A stretch of 64,000 nucleotides of DNA from Nitrospirales bacterium (GTDB taxonomy: Bacteria > Nitrospirota > Nitrospiria > Nitrospirales > UBA8639), in assembly GCA_965203295.1 (NCBI GenBank), contig CBDBCZ010000016.1, positions 608,001-672,000 of the forward strand, given 5' to 3'. The translations under genes and the position numbers were made by a program. This document shows positions 14,301-29,300 of this stretch, one piece after another (positions within the stretch are counted from its first letter, which is position 1; each line of letters begins with the position of its first letter). The notes under the pieces are model-generated. The model did no database searches. It had not been told where the DNA came from and saw only the letters and a list, made by a program, of their open reading frames with translations.

Positions 14301-17300
14301 TCTCGTGAGCGTGCCCGCTTGTCATGGTCGGCTTTCTGCTGAGCCTGCTTGCAGCCAGCACGCCTCTCAACATCTGGCCTCAATAGGTCCAGTCGGGTGC
14401 GGATTTTCCGTCCCATGAGTAGTTGGCTTGGTGTTTCGCTTGTGGTAGCATGGGGTGTGGTGCGATACGTCAGCAAAAAGTTCGATACACGCTGAGACAA
14501 CGGGAGAGATGTTCCGTGTCCTGCCTTCATGGCCCTCTTAAAGGACTGGACAAATCTCTCAGCCGCTCCATTCGAGGAGGGGTGGTAGGGTGCACACCGG
14601 ATATGCTTGATGCCGTTCATTTTGGCAAAGGTCGCGAACTCTGCTGAGACAAATTGAGGTCCGTTGTCAGTGACTAGCTGTTCGGGCAGTCCATTTGCTG
14701 TAAAGATCTTTCTCAGCTCACTGATGGTCTTTGGAGCCTCCGTAGAAGTCATTTCCACGACCTCTGGCCACTTTGAGTAGGAGTCTACGGCGATAAGAAA
14801 CATCTTCCCTAGAAAGGGGCCGGCGAAGTCGATGTGCACTCTCTGCCAGGGCTTTGCTGGCCACAACCAGGGATGCAGTGGCGCTACGGCAGGAGCACTC
14901 TTGAAGGCCTGGCATGCTTGACACCCCCGAGCACACTCTTCCAGCTCTTTATCGAGGCCTGGCCACCACATGTAGCTGCGTGCTACTGCCTTCATCCTGG
15001 TCACTCCTGGGTGGTCACTGTGCAGTTCTTCGACCAGCCGAGCACGGAGTTTGCTGGGCACCACCACTCGAGTACCCCACAGCAGGCAGTCTCCTTCAGT
15101 CGAGAGCTCGTGCTTCCTGTTCAGGAAAGGCTTGTACTCTTCAGGTGTCTCCGTAGGCCATCCTTCCCTTGCATACAGAAGCACCTTACTCAGCACTGGG
15201 TCTTGGCGGGTGGCAGTCTGCAGTCGTTCGACTGTCACCGGCAAGGCCTGCATCTGCCCGATGACAAAGGCACCTTCGGCTGTCATGGAATGGCACTCGA
15301 GTGCGGCTGCTTGTCTGTGGCCTAGCGGTAGCCTAGAAAGCCCATCAGCATTCCCGTGTTGGCGAGTGGGCTTGAACTCAATATCGTACGAGTATGCAGA
15401 TAGCAGGAGGGCCCATCGCTGCAATCGGGCAGCGGCTAGGGGTGGTATCCCGTTCTTCGGACCCAACACAGTGGTCAGTGGCTTGTGGTCAGTCACAAGC
15501 ACGAACCTGCGCCCATACAGGTACTGATGGAATTTTCGGATTCCGTACACAAGAGACAACACCTCCTTCTCAATTTGGGAGTAGTTCCTCTCCGTGGCTG
15601 TCAATGTTCTGGATGCAAATGCGATGGGGCGTTCCTGGCCATCGGGGAACACGTGCGAAATAACAGCTCCAATCCCGTAGGCGAAGGCATCTCCGGCCAT
15701 CTTCATCGGCAAGGACGGGTCGTAATGAGCCAGAACTGGAGCTGCAGCCAGGAGCTACTTGCTGCTTTCAAAAGCCCGTGCGCACTCCTGGGTCCATGCC
15801 CACTTGTGGCCAGCCTTGAGAAGAGCGTTGAGCGGGTGGAGCAAGGTTGCCAGGCTGGGCAGGAACTTTCCGTAGTAGTGGAGCAATCCCAGGTAGGAAT
15901 GGAGTTCCTGTACGTTCCTGGGTTGGGGTGCCTTGCTGATGGCTTCCACCTTGCTGGTCGTGGTGTGCAAGCCGGTCGCGTCGATGCGATGGCTTAAGTA
16001 TTCGACTGAATCACCCATGAAGGTGCACTTGGCTCTCTTTGCTCGGATGTTATACTGTTTTAGCCGCTGCAACACTTTCTCCATGCTCTCCAAGTGCTCC
16101 TCCTCACTCGTACCGGTCACCAAGATGTCATCGAGGTAGCAGATCACCTTTGGGAGCCCCTGCAGTACCACGTCCATGGTCTTCTGGAACACTGCCGGGG
16201 CAGAGGCCACACCAAATGGTAGACGTGTGTACCTGTAGAGCCCTCGATGAGTATTGATTGTAACCAGCTCTCGACAGCTCTCCTCCAGGCTCATCTGCTG
16301 GTACGCATGCGTAAGGTCAATCTTCGTGAATTTCTTGCCGCCAGCCAGCGTCGCGAACAAGTCATCCGGCTTGGGCAACGGGTACTGGTCCACGTCTAGC
16401 ACGGGGTTGATCGTGACCTTATAGTCTTCGCACAGTCGAATCTGGCCATCAGCCTTCGGTACAGGAACAACTGGTGCAGCCCACTGGCTGTGTGACACCT
16501 TCTCAACAATCCCTTCCCCTTCAAGGCGATCTAGCTCCCGGTCAATGGCCTGCTTTAGGGCAAAGGGGACTGGTCTGGCTTTGTGGAACTTTGGCCTACA
16601 CTCTGGCTTTAGGTGTAAACTGGCCTGGAAGGTGTTCATCAACCCTGACCCCTCTTCAAACACCTCAGGGAACTTCCCTACTAAGGCTTCTGCTTTGCTG
16701 GACAGGGCAGCCATTCCAATGCTTTTCCAGTCAAGCCTTATCTGCCTGAGCCAATATCTGCCCACAAGGCTTGGCCCTTGGCCCTTGACCACATACAAGG
16801 TCAGTGGGGCACTCTGCTTCTGGTAGCTCACCTCCACCTTCATCTGTCCCACAACAGGCATTTGCTCGCCTGTGTAAGTGGTCAGGATGGCTTGCGAGCT
16901 GTCTAGCTGGCACTTCGGGAACAGCTTGGTCTGGGTAGCACTCGAAATTACCGATACAGCTGCACCGGTGTCCACTTCCATGGGTAGCTGCTGCCCGTTC
17001 ACTCCCATGGTTACGACGATGGGGTGAAGACCCTTGCCTTCGACCCTGAATAAGCAGTCGAACCGCAACCAATGACCACGCCCCCAATTTTATTTTTCAC
17101 GTGCTCACTTTTCTACAACAAGATGGCGGCGTTTTTGCGATTCGGAAGACCGAGTGTTTGGAGGAAGATTTTGCGAATAAGATCGTGCTAAAGCCTGATT
17201 AAACAAGAGGAAAGTACGGAAAAAGAGCTAGGTTAGTCTTTTATGTGTATTTTTCTTAAAATTGTTTGGCTCTGTGGTTTTACGGCGGTATTTTATTCCA

Positions 17301-20300
17301 TATAGTTGAATGGAGAGACTGCCTAGTCAGCACAAGTCGGGCGTTTTCGACATGATATCGGTGCCCAACCACTCTGGATCGCTGTGAGGGGAACGAGTAA
17401 GTCTTGTAGCAGTTATTTATTACAAAATTGGAGCCTCAGTGAATGGGTACAAAAAAGGTACCAAGGATTCCTGCAAGCAGTTTGCTTGCATACTAGATAC
17501 ATATTCACATCAGGGCGCGTAGTTGCAGAACTTTACGCTGTGACTTCTTTACCTATGAAATAAAGAAAAGTACAGTTTTTTATGGGGGTCTAGCATTTCA
17601 TTCCTTGATTTCTGGAGAGGGGTTGGGATATTTTTACATACTACCAAATGAGGACGGGTAGCTACAGTGAATTGTTCCCGTACCTGTAATCATGGTGGAT
17701 GTCATCATTTTGATGATCATCCACTCTGTCCTCACTGCTAGCACTCCGTGGTGCAACATTTGTGCATCCGTGGCATCTGTTGTACATGGCATGGACAGAC
17801 ATGGTAAAGTCAGCAAGCGTTATAGAATATTTTTAAGATATAGGTGTATTTTTAATAGCTGCTAGGTTGTTGGGCTAACCCCTTAAAATATGGCCATCAA
17901 AAGCGGCCTGTATATCCTTTTGGCTTACGGTTGGGGCTCTTAGTATATAATGCAGCCCTCACCTACATTCAGGCCCGCACTTCTGATCCTTTTTTCTGCA
18001 ACCACAATTTGATCTTTGTTGACAACCGCTTTTACAGGAACAACCCTTTGTTAGTCTGTGTACTCTGCTGCGTACATTTTCCATATTTTCTTGTGTGTCC
18101 CAATGAATGTGCAGCTGACCATCCTTTAGTTGCCATCCATGTTCACTAGGATCCAGGAGGTGGGGATGAGGGTCATAGACCTGCTGATACATGGTGGATA
18201 CCCAGCATGTTCTCAGCCAATGGAAGTTTAAGGAATCCCATGAAGGGAGAAGGTCTTCTTCATTCTGTATTTCAGTCCACACAGCTTCTCGTATACAACT
18301 GATCCATTTCTTATGGTGTTCCGTTGGGGGGGTCATCTTCTGAATAGACTGACTTAAAACAGGATTCTGGGTTAGCCGATTCAAATGCTCCTTTATGCTT
18401 GTTAAAGTAGAGGCATCCCACTGGCCTAATGAATGGTAGGAAACCCACTTTTTGATTTTCAGAGTGTGTATTTGTTAGGTTTCCAATGACATTGACTCCT
18501 GGTTGGTTCATTGGAGCATTTATGAACCCGGAATGCCGTAGCAGTGTTTTGAGGAATGTAATTTTTCCTAATCCGTGCCAGTAGGAGATGTAGTCACAGC
18601 CTGACAGTAGGTAACCTGTTTGCAGCATGATGGGTCTAAGCTGAAGTGGTAGCTCTTGCAAGTCTGGGTCGGTGTCGAGTGCAACCATGAGAGCATTGAT
18701 ATCAATATATTTTTTGTCTGTAGATCCTGGCATGTTGATCTGTAAAATGATGTGAGTTTGCTGTAGTAGATCTTTGCAACTGAGCCCACAGTGTAGGATG
18801 TCAGCATCCGGGCAGTACATTAGTAGGTTTTTGCTGGGGAGTTTGGAAGCAATGTACCACAACCTTTGATCAGCTTCTTCCCAGGATGAAGCTAGGTTTG
18901 GTACTGTTGTGATGCCATCTGTAGTAGCCTGCAATGTTTGATCGATTTGGGGGCCTTCGTACCCTCCAGTGATGAACAGAGAGGTCTGTTTTTGGAGTGT
19001 TTTTTTAGCTTCATAGAGAAGTTGATATGAGAGAAAGTTTACAAGCTTTCTTTTGCAAAGTCTACAAGATAGATACTCTGACCACTTTCTGGGAAGATGA
19101 GTGTCACAAGTAATAATCTGTTGGCAGAGACACAGTGTTCCTGTTGACGCAGGTTGACTTTGATCTCTCTGGGCTCTTTCGGGGTCTTTCGGGCTGGGCC
19201 CATTCCTGTTCGGGTGATCAATTGCCACTGCAACTGAAGTAGCTCCTTTCTTGAAATGTGGCATGATAAATCTCGAATAGATGACTTTAGAGTAGTCACC
19301 GAATGTCTTGTGTTGCCCAGAGACTGGTGCACTGTTGAGCATGAACATTCCATCAATAACTACACTGTCAGGTGACCAGTTTTGCGGTAGCCATGGCATC
19401 TGTACATTCTCCCACCTTTTTGTGTAAAATGTAATTGAGGTAGATTTTTGCCCATCCCTCTTCGTTCCGTCTGGTTTGGCTATTGCCAGAGGTAACTCAT
19501 AATACTGTTCTCCCCTAATGTTGTCCAGTGGCCTTTTGTCACACTCACTGAGACGACGTTTCAGGCACTCCATTACTTGTTTGTGATGTTTAACAAACTG
19601 GCAATACTTTTTGTGGTCACTTTTGGCTTTTCAAATGTTTTCAGTGAATACCTTTTCTTTGACACCTGAGTGCTTGGAGTTTTCACCATGTGAGCTTCAT
19701 AGTAGGATTTAAATTCCTTCTCACCGACTTCAAGGAAAGTTAGAAGGTCCAGTGCTTGCTCAGTGTTAGTCTGCTGGTTTGAGAATGGATTTAGTAGATT
19801 TTTGCTAGGTATCTGAAACATTTGTTTCTCTTTAATTCTTGCAATTCCCTCACTTATGTTCTCTGTTGACTTCCTCTCTTTTGCAGACAGCTGCAAGTCG
19901 TTAACATGGTCCGGATCATGTGGATTAAAGAGGTCTGTGGGGAAGAACACCTTGTGTAGGGCACTCATCATGTGGATTTGGTGAGGAAGAATGTCAGACA
20001 TTTTCTGAATGTAATCTGGATTTGTGTAGTTTAAGGCGGCTTTGGTCTTCTTGTTTATCACCATTTCATGTGCCTCGTCGAGTGCCACAGATCTGTACTT
20101 TGTACCACTAAGGCTAACGACAAAGCCTCCTTGCTCAAAGTGGCGTATGACACTTCGTGGATAGGCCGTAATTGCTGCAAGGTGATGTAGGATAAGCTCC
20201 CTGTAGTTTTGGCGATCAAAAATATGGAACAGTGGAGCTACGTAGCCGTTTGATACTAGTCATTCGTAGCTGCCAATTACCACTTCTCATTGCTAGCCAC

Positions 20301-23300
20301 AATCCAGAGTAGTTTGTGTATTCATGGGAGATAAAATTCACCCAGAACCTCCACGTATCATCCTTTGATGCCATTGTTTGCAGAAAGCTGTGAAAGCCAT
20401 TGTAGGTATTGTTAATTGCACATAACAGTTCCTGATGACATGTGGATGTCATTGGCAGCTTATTTTCTCTCAGCTTGCAGATTGTGTCTGTGACTTGTTT
20501 CATGAGCTGCCGGGTGTTGACAGGTGTCTGTGCTATTGGTCCGGAGGGGTACTGGTGATCGTGCCGGAGCTGCTGCTGCTATTCCTGGTTTTCAAGGTAC
20601 GTACTTAGCATTACCCTGTAGATAGCTTCTCCTGCCGCGATTATGAAATTATTGGTTCGTTTAAAATTGGAACAGTTTTTAAGAGACGTTGCAGTCTCCC
20701 CTTTAAATCCCATTGCTGTAGCAATCTCCTTAAGGCCAGCTTCGTGGTATATCTTCATGATGACTGGCTGTAAATTCTTCAAAATGTGCCAATCTCCTGG
20801 GTATGGCAGAACCCAGTTGAGGTCTTCCTTGTTCTCAGTTTTCAACTCTTTCATTCGGTTATACGATTTGTAGTCACCAACTACGACTAGATATTTTAGT
20901 CGTGATCCAATTTGGAATTCTGTATGTAGCTGGTGTAGGACTTCCTCAACCGTTTGTGTTGTGTCTGCTGGTAGGTCCAGTATTGCTACATGAGTTACGT
21001 TTGAGACCTCCACCTCAAGTTTGTCAGCATTTAGAGCTGCAAATGACTTTAGGTCTCTTACCTGTTTGTCAGTGCCTTCAAGCAGCTGTTGCTCCATCAT
21101 GTAGCTGTATACTTGAGTTTGCAACTTTTCCAATTCTGACTTTTCAGTTTCAGACAATTTAATATCTTGCAGGGTAGGTGTTCGTACATTCTCACTTGCA
21201 GTCTCCTCAGACACTAGCTCCTGTGGTTCGAGCAAGATTCGAGTTGGGCTGGGCTCAACCGCCTGCACACTCGTGCCGTGCCACCCTCGTCTCTGGCTCC
21301 CTACGTACACCTGGGCATGAGGACTGTTCTTGTCGATGTTGTCAAAACTGGCTACGCAGAAGGCTTGTGGATGAAGATTTGTTTGTGTGCTTGTTTTGGT
21401 CTTCTCGGCTACAGCTTTTAGGTATCTGTCATGTGTATCTTTGGATGCTGTTGCCCCTAGCCTGTTGAGAATGCCCATCAAATTTGTTGAGCCATTACAA
21501 GCATCAACAGCTTCACTAAGGAGAACTTGTAAGAATGGTGTACAACTTGTGTCCACTGTAAACAGCAGAACACTAAGTGCAAAGAGCCTCCTGACCTTTT
21601 TAACATGTTGCATTTGTAGACTACAACATGTGTCTTCATGCTGGGATGCTGTTAAATTTTCAATAAAGGTCCATAGCTCCTTGTCAACTGAAGCGATGAT
21701 CGAGTCAATATTCAAGTTATCAGGAGACAAGGTAGCTGGATGCTTTGTACTGGCAAGGCTGCTGACTTCTTGTTTGATTGCCTGGTTCAAATGGTTTGCA
21801 ACTTCACAAATTTTTTTATCCTTTTCTCGTTTACTATCTGGGTTGAGTAGAAGTTGACTGCTCCTTTCATGGTGCCCTTTCCCTAGAAGGTTATGGAGTG
21901 TGCTGACTGTGTCAGAATTAGCTCGGTACAGCATAACACCATATTTTTTGGTCCCTCTATGAAGTTTTAAATGGTGACCAAGCAGAGCAATCAACCCTGT
22001 CAGTAGCCAGTTTGCAGAACGCTGCGGAATAGGGGTTACTCCAGTTGTTGCACATAGTGATTCCACTTCACTAGTGAATAGAGCATGGGCCTTTGGGAGT
22101 AGTAGTGCCTCACCTGACAGTAGCCTCCTACCAACTACAATGGCTACTTTCTGCTGTGCTTTATTTAGAATTGCATGATCGTCCCCACAGGGCCCACCAT
22201 TTGCTACTGTTTGGAGACCATCGAGGACTCCGAGAAGAGCGCTGTCTGTGCTGCAGGGCGGCTCCATTTTGCTGATAACAAGATGCGCCTGGTAGCACCT
22301 GTTACAGACGCAATCAAGCGAGGTTAGTTGTTTCTCAAAATCAAAGTATGTTTGAAGGTAGTCACTGATCTGGTCAGGCTCATGACAGGGTCGAAATCTC
22401 ATGCCTGGCCGTCTCTGTCGACCACATGTTGCACATTCCACCTGTGTAGTGTGCTTCCAAAACAAAAGATTGTGTTTTGAGCATAACGACAACCCATGAT
22501 TGTCATGTGGTATATTCTCTTGTCCAAAGCATTCGAGTAGCTGTTCATGGGTACCTGCAAAGGCTCGACTTGTCTCTCTAGAGCAGCCTTCAATACTGCA
22601 CTCCTGTTGGTAATTTGATTTTTCTTTTTGCCATCTTAGTGGGATAGTATTGTTCCTGAAGTGTTTGTGTGCTGACAAGTGGCAGTGCTTGCAGATGATG
22701 GCATTGTCAGGAAGACGCAGGTCTTCTGTATAGAATTTTAGTATGTGAGCTACTTTCACATTCTTGGGCTTAATATACGTTGTTGCTGGTGTTTTGGGGT
22801 CCTTACATAGGTAGCATTTTTCGACTTGGAGGTAGCTTTTCTTTGACGTAGTCTTTGGCATGCTATAAATGTACAGCAGAGTATCAGCTTATAGCTATGT
22901 AGTGGTGATATACATGTACTCATTGAGTAGAGAGAACCTGGTAATCCGGCTATAATTTTATCCCTGGCACCTACATTTTACCACAAGCACACACAGTTAT
23001 GAAGGTTTCAAAATTAGTGTTAACGGCACCTTAATTTGTCCCATAGCCATGTGCTTGCCTAGTCTCATTCCCAGACCCTCCCGCGACCGCACGGAAAATT
23101 ACCAGTGTTAGCTACGATGTTATCAAGCCACAATGAGCAGCAGCAACAAATCGAGCAGTTACTCACAAAGCCATCAGCTCATTGCAGTCCTGCTTGCCAT
23201 TGCGTTCATACTCGTGCAGTCGCCAGACGCTTTTCCGTTTTTGTTTTTTTTGCCTAGTGGGGTCACAGGAGGGTCTGGGAATGAGACTAGTGCTTGCCTT

Positions 23301-26300
23301 TGCTAATGCATATTAAACGAGTTATTACTTATTTCTATTAACATGCAATGGACCACTGATTGTTGTGCATTCACCTCTTGTAGGTCAGAAGAGGCGGCCA
23401 CTATGAAGATACAGATAAACAACTTTTATGGGACATCGTAGCAGAGAGTTAGTGTTCTGCATAACTTGAAAATGTATTATTTGGGAGGGAGGGGAAGGGG
23501 GTACTGTAGCACCAAATTTAGCCTGCCAACCACTACAATACTGTAGTGTAGGGAAGATCTACCTTTTTGCTGCTGTTCTGCTAAGTTGCAGCTGCTTAGC
23601 TGATGCGTACAAAAAAGGTACCGATGTTTGGGAGGGGCTGCTGCAGGGTCGCTTGGAAGATAGCGGTTGGAAATCTGGTTCCACTTCTCTCTCCGTGGCG
23701 GGTGTGAGACGCTACCTATGTTCAGTGTACTCTGGAAGGAATGAACTTTTGTATAGTGTGGTAGTTTGCTGTGTTTTATTTCATTGTAGAGAGAACCAGC
23801 CTTTTTTTTCTGTACCGTGAACCGCCTTAAATTATGTCGCCCATTGTCATTGTAATATTTCATTTCCGGGCCGAAAAATAAAATATGCTTAGAAATAGGA
23901 GTTTTGGGTGGGTTGCGGTACGACTGTAAGGTGAACTCCTCATCTGAGACCGGCTCTTGGTTGATGGTACGTACTGGCCTCGATCTGGACTGCTGTGGTC
24001 TCTGTGTCGGTTTCTTGCCACTCCTGCACGCCTTCGCAATGTGTCCCTTCTTCTGGCACTTGTGGCAGGTGGCATCCCGAAACCGACAAGCACTATGGGT
24101 GTGGTCAACACCCCCGCGGCGGTAGCATGGCTTACTGGGCGAAGTAGGGCTGGGTTTCCCTCTCTGCGGGACCATCCTGTAAACTGGTGCTGACTCGCCG
24201 CCTTGAAACTTCTTGAAACTTCTTGGCGTTCTTTTCTGCTGCCTCCATACCTTGGTCGGTTTCTGCAGCCTTAGCCAGCGTCAAATCAGCTTCTGACAGA
24301 AGGCGCTTCTGGATGCTCTGATTCCTTAGCCCACACACTAAGCGATCTCTTAGAGCTTCATTCAGATAATTGCCGAACTCACAGTGCGTGGCGAGCCGTC
24401 GCAGCTCGGCCAGGTACTCGGCGATGGACTGTTTCTTTAAGTGTAAGGTAATGGCATAAGAATAGCTATGCCATTGGGAGCATACTTTTATGATGTATGA
24501 ATGATAGCTGTGAAATATTGAACCTAGCTGTAAGCAATTGACTTTGGCAGCACTGGGGCTCCTTAATTGTGCACAAATTCAGTGAAGATAAGTTTGTCCA
24601 CACCTTTACCTTTGTGTAACTGAATGAAGTGGGGGCCTGGGAATGAGGATACCTCCCTGTCAGAAAGTACTCATACATGTAGAAAGAGACAATGGTACCG
24701 ATAACTTTTGCCATAGCTTTTATAGTGCAGTAAGTGCATGCTTTCAGTGGCCAAGAGGTACCTACACTTCCTTAATTACGTATTGACACTTGATTTTGAC
24801 TTTCACGATTGCACATTTGGACTTTCTGTTTCTTGGAACTTATGACTTTCGACTTCCTATTTCTCAAAATTTGATTGTTTTTGGACTTCCCCTTTCTTGA
24901 ACATTACCCTTGACCTAAAACTTTTAAATATATGATCTTCAACTGTACATGCATGCATCTGACTTTCTTCAGCTGGGCTGCAGCCTCACTGGAACTCTTG
25001 CCGGTGTAGGCCCGGGAAAGAGAGTATACTGATCAACAGTAATCATGTATATGGTTCAAGTCTCAGGCCAGCAGTCCCAGGATTATCAATAGGTGCTATA
25101 ACCTTGTTGTCATAGTTTGACCACCCATAAGTTGCCACTAGACATTGTAGTGTCGTGGGTTTACCTACTAGCCGATCGTGGCGGATTCGCTAGAGCACAT
25201 AAAACATCATATGGCATGTGGCAACTTCCAAGACCAGAGACAATTATACTGCACATGCGCAATGGGATACAATTACGTAATGGCCTAAATTCACTACAGA
25301 CATAGCTTAATAATTATTGTCCCTCCTGTAGCTACCCACCAGGAGGATAATTGCCCCATGACAGTGTGGCGGGGTTGAAAAATTGGTTTTGTCTGTCCGG
25401 CGAAATTTAGATTTATCCAATAATAACATCGAAACCAACAAAAGAGTACGTATTTGTATTGATAGTGGCCAAATGCTCCGCATCTCTCTCTCTTTAATTA
25501 TTTAACATCAGTATGGTCCACAAATCGTCCCAACTAGAATATGATGGGGGCCAGGTATACGGGCTCTGGATACATGTTTATATTGGTGTATACGTAGAAA
25601 AGTGTCCGTGCCATTAATATAGCAATAGGTCATGCCCAGCGGGGCTCTGATGGCACAGCCATGGGTATTTTACCAGATGTAAGTTGTAGTGCAGTGCCAG
25701 TCATCAGAGAGTACCGAGTATAGTATTGGCTAGAAACTGTTAGATAGATCCAAATTCACATTTGAGACAGGACTGATAAATAAAAGTTCCTTATTAAAGG
25801 TTATAGGCCCTACTGGAAATGAAAATGTTACAAATTTATGACTGTTCGTTGTTCATTGCTCAACAGCACAGCAAATGAAAGGCTGCAAAAGTATGCAGGG
25901 ATATAGTATAAAGGCTGGCCAGGAACTGAAAATTTGTCAGTGTGTGTGGTCCTTCCACTGTAAAGGTGCTATAATGACTTACCTGTTCGAAAGACATTCG
26001 CAGCATAGCTCCTAATCCAAGTGACAGATGCTCCACATGTCCAGACATTGAGAATGTAGACTTATTGCCATCTATTTAAGAATAATGATAGCTCAAGGGT
26101 CCTCAGATTTAAAATTACTTCTGACCGATTCCGCACTTACTACATTTGATGTATTAATTATGACATCGTATTTTAATATGACGACCGAATGATGTTAACA
26201 GAATCAATATTTCCACTTGGGCCTAACCTTATATGCAAACCATGGATTAGAGAATGTACAGCCTAGGTTCATGCCTTATCTCTTTCTGGGGTCAGTTTTT

Positions 26301-29300
26301 CTTCGTCAATACATGTGGACTTCGGACCACTTTGGCTTTGTTTATGTTAGACTATCTGTAGCTAAAATTCACAGTGCGCTTAGCTTTGGGGACAGTGAGT
26401 ATTTTAATGTTTTATTGAGCAGCTGCCAAGTGGACTAAAATTATCGTCAACAAAATTCAGTGCCAGGGGTCAATTAATCAATGATTGCAAACCCTGCTGT
26501 TTTTTAAACTGCAGACTCTACTACTGTAACAGCCAGGCATTCTGAAGCAACTGCTCACAGTATTGACCGAACACAGAGTGCTAGTGATGCATCTTCATCT
26601 GCGGAACCTAGAGAAAAACAAGGTTTTAGTTATTCCAAGAGTGCTAATTGCCAGCCCCACATGCAGCATCCATTATCCTGTTTTTCAGTCCACATACGAG
26701 TTATCCACAAAATTTTTATGTGGCCACACGTTCCACATTCACTTCTCCAACTTTGTGGCCTGGGAATGGGGCTAGAAAATTGCCTAGGCTGCAGCAGGGA
26801 AACTATTGCTAGGGAAGACAACCATGCTTCAGCGATGCTGACAATGGAGTTCTGCCATGTCTCCAAGTTGCCAACAAGTACCATGTGGGAGAGGACTAGA
26901 GTTAGGAGCGTTGATATGCATTTTATGAATGGTTGACAAGTTACATTGCAACATGCAAGGGCTTGCTTACACTCACCCATCAATGCTCTGCATTCCCCCA
27001 GTATTGTGTAAGTCTAGGATGATATGAGCACTTCGAGAGCTACAATGCAGAGCTACAGCTTTTAATTGATTTAGACCTGATGTGGGAAATCGGTTAATTT
27101 TACTAACAACTGCATACAAAAAAAAACGAGAATGCATTCATATCATAGCTAGAAGTCTCTAGCAGAGACATACCCCGCGCTGTATAATTCACAACTGGGA
27201 CCTGGCAGCACTGCAGACTTGGTTGATGAAGTAGTGTATATAGCTGGCTGTATCCGAACGCAGAGTGTACAGTGCTCATGTATGCGTATCCATATATCCT
27301 ATGCATATGGGAAGTGGTGGGTGTGACTGATTACCAATATGAACATGTGACCAGAGTCCGTATATTCCCGGCCCCCATCCTATTCTAGCTGCGACCATAT
27401 TAAAATGGCAGAATGTATCGTTGTTAAATAAGAAAGAGCTGCAGATGCAGCGAATGGAACCGCTTTGGTGACTATCAGGTACACACCCGCACATTTTTTT
27501 TAAGATTTCAATGTTACCGTCGTGTTTAGCAATCGCTTAACCCTGTAAATCGCGAGATAGCCCGATGTTTGAGTGGACAGACAACAGATGGACGGACAGA
27601 CAGAACCAATCGCTTAGCCCCGCCGCTGCCTATGCCTCGCAGAGTAATAATATGCCCTATCACTCCATAATACTGAAGTACAAGTAATTCTTAACTGATT
27701 ACCATACTGCTGAAGGTTAACAATCAAGGTTGTTCCAGATAAAAGTGTAAGTGTATTAATTAGGGTTTTTTAACGCCTCTAACCTCTTTCTTCAAACCGG
27801 CAAACATTACAAATCTATGTATGTCCTCAGGCCTGGAGTAAAGTAGAATTGAGTAGTAGGGCCAAGCATTGGGCCAGCACAGCTAAAATCGTACGAAAGC
27901 ACGCAGATGCTAGGCATGCCCGCCCAGGAATTTTTTTTTAGATTCTATGTTCTTAGATCACTTCTCAGCCATTCTGGGCCCAAAATTGGAACCACACTCA
28001 GTGAATGTTCTTCGTAGAAAACTACTCAGTGGTACATGTATGATTGTGGTGCACATAAATACTCTCACAAATTTATAATCAAGAAATGACTAATCGCAAT
28101 AATTTTGCCCAGAAGCTACCTCCTCCACGCCCCTCCAGTACTAGTTGCATTGCGGATGGCCAGGATGGGCTAGGCCGCAATATTGACAGCTTTCTCATGA
28201 AGGAGTCCGTGCCAGCAGCTAGCCATGATGATGCGCTACACGTGTAGCCTCACATAGCAAGGGCGGGGCTACTTTATTTTACGCACCCGCTGAAAAAGTG
28301 GTAGGGCGAAAGCCCTATCGACCCTACCGCTTGTACCGGTCCTGGTCCTTTAACTGTAGTTTGCAAGTGTTTATACCATTTTCTAGGCAATGAAATGCCA
28401 TTGACCTCATTTTCTACATATAGGCAATGGTAACACCAATTATATAGTTCCTTGTGCTTTTAGCAGAGAGATATAGCTATATAACATATACTGTTAGCAA
28501 TCAAATCTGTATTGCATCTAATGCCACTTACTAAGCATTAGTTACGATATGCCTGATTTTTAAACACGAGCCCAAGAGCGAGTGCTTATAAATCCATAAC
28601 ATCCCAACTGGGCATGATTTATTCACCCCAATAAATTTATTAACCTCCCAGCAACGTCAAATAAGTAAGTGATGGAGTCTGCATCATTATTTTCAGCGTC
28701 AGTATAGATGCGCTTGATTGGATCAGCTTTATAATATCAATCACCCTTGCTTTGCTACAGATGCTCAGAATGGTTCCAGACTACATTCTCCAATACCACG
28801 CAAACTTATTCTAAATGGTATGACACTGTGTGTGCATTGTGCTTAGTAACATAAATTATTTTCATACTCAGTAATTTTATGGGTAGGTAGTCAATACTGC
28901 TCACCCACTGCACTTGTAATTGGGTAGTGGTTATCATGTAATCTTATTTCCAAGTACGTTGAAGTGGTGACTGTGCAGTTGTAGGGTTGTATATCGAGTG
29001 GAAGATGTCATGATGCTCTACTGAGTCAGGTTTTTTGCTGATGAATAGTTAACCAGTCATTATATGCGTCTGGTTGTGTGAATCTATAAGTTGGCTAATG
29101 GAAACAATAGTTGTCTGTGAGGCAGGGAGTGCTGAGTCTATTGTACATATAGCAGTGTAAGATACAAGTAGTTGTGCTCGCTTCGCTCGCACAACTACTT
29201 GTGTGTGTTGAACTCGCTCGCTGCGCTCGCTCTGTACAGATGCAGATTAAACATGTAATCTGCATGTGATTTGTTGGTTTGTAGGGTACATTTAGCTAGT

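Larger units (their letters stand above)
17055..23926 (-). mobile_element. AcademX-like DNA transposon (6872 bp)
   Basis: 16-bp TIRs CAGTCG(A/T)ACCGCAACC (17055-17070, 23911-23926); 4-bp TSD TAAG (17051-17054, 23927-23930); encodes transposase, XPG-like nuclease and Cys-rich domain. Confidence 0.85.

Noticed and set aside
15755..15757. Programmed readthrough in pol
   Set aside because: The stop lies between RT and RNase H, not at gag-pol, in an element with other lesions; a nonsense mutation is simpler
23477..23926. Novel C-terminal extension of gag
   Set aside because: Chance read-through from gag into the inserted transposon terminus
29213..29232. AAV ITR-like GCTC repeats (endogenous parvovirus)
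   Set aside because: Short match only, with no Rep or capsid remnants nearby
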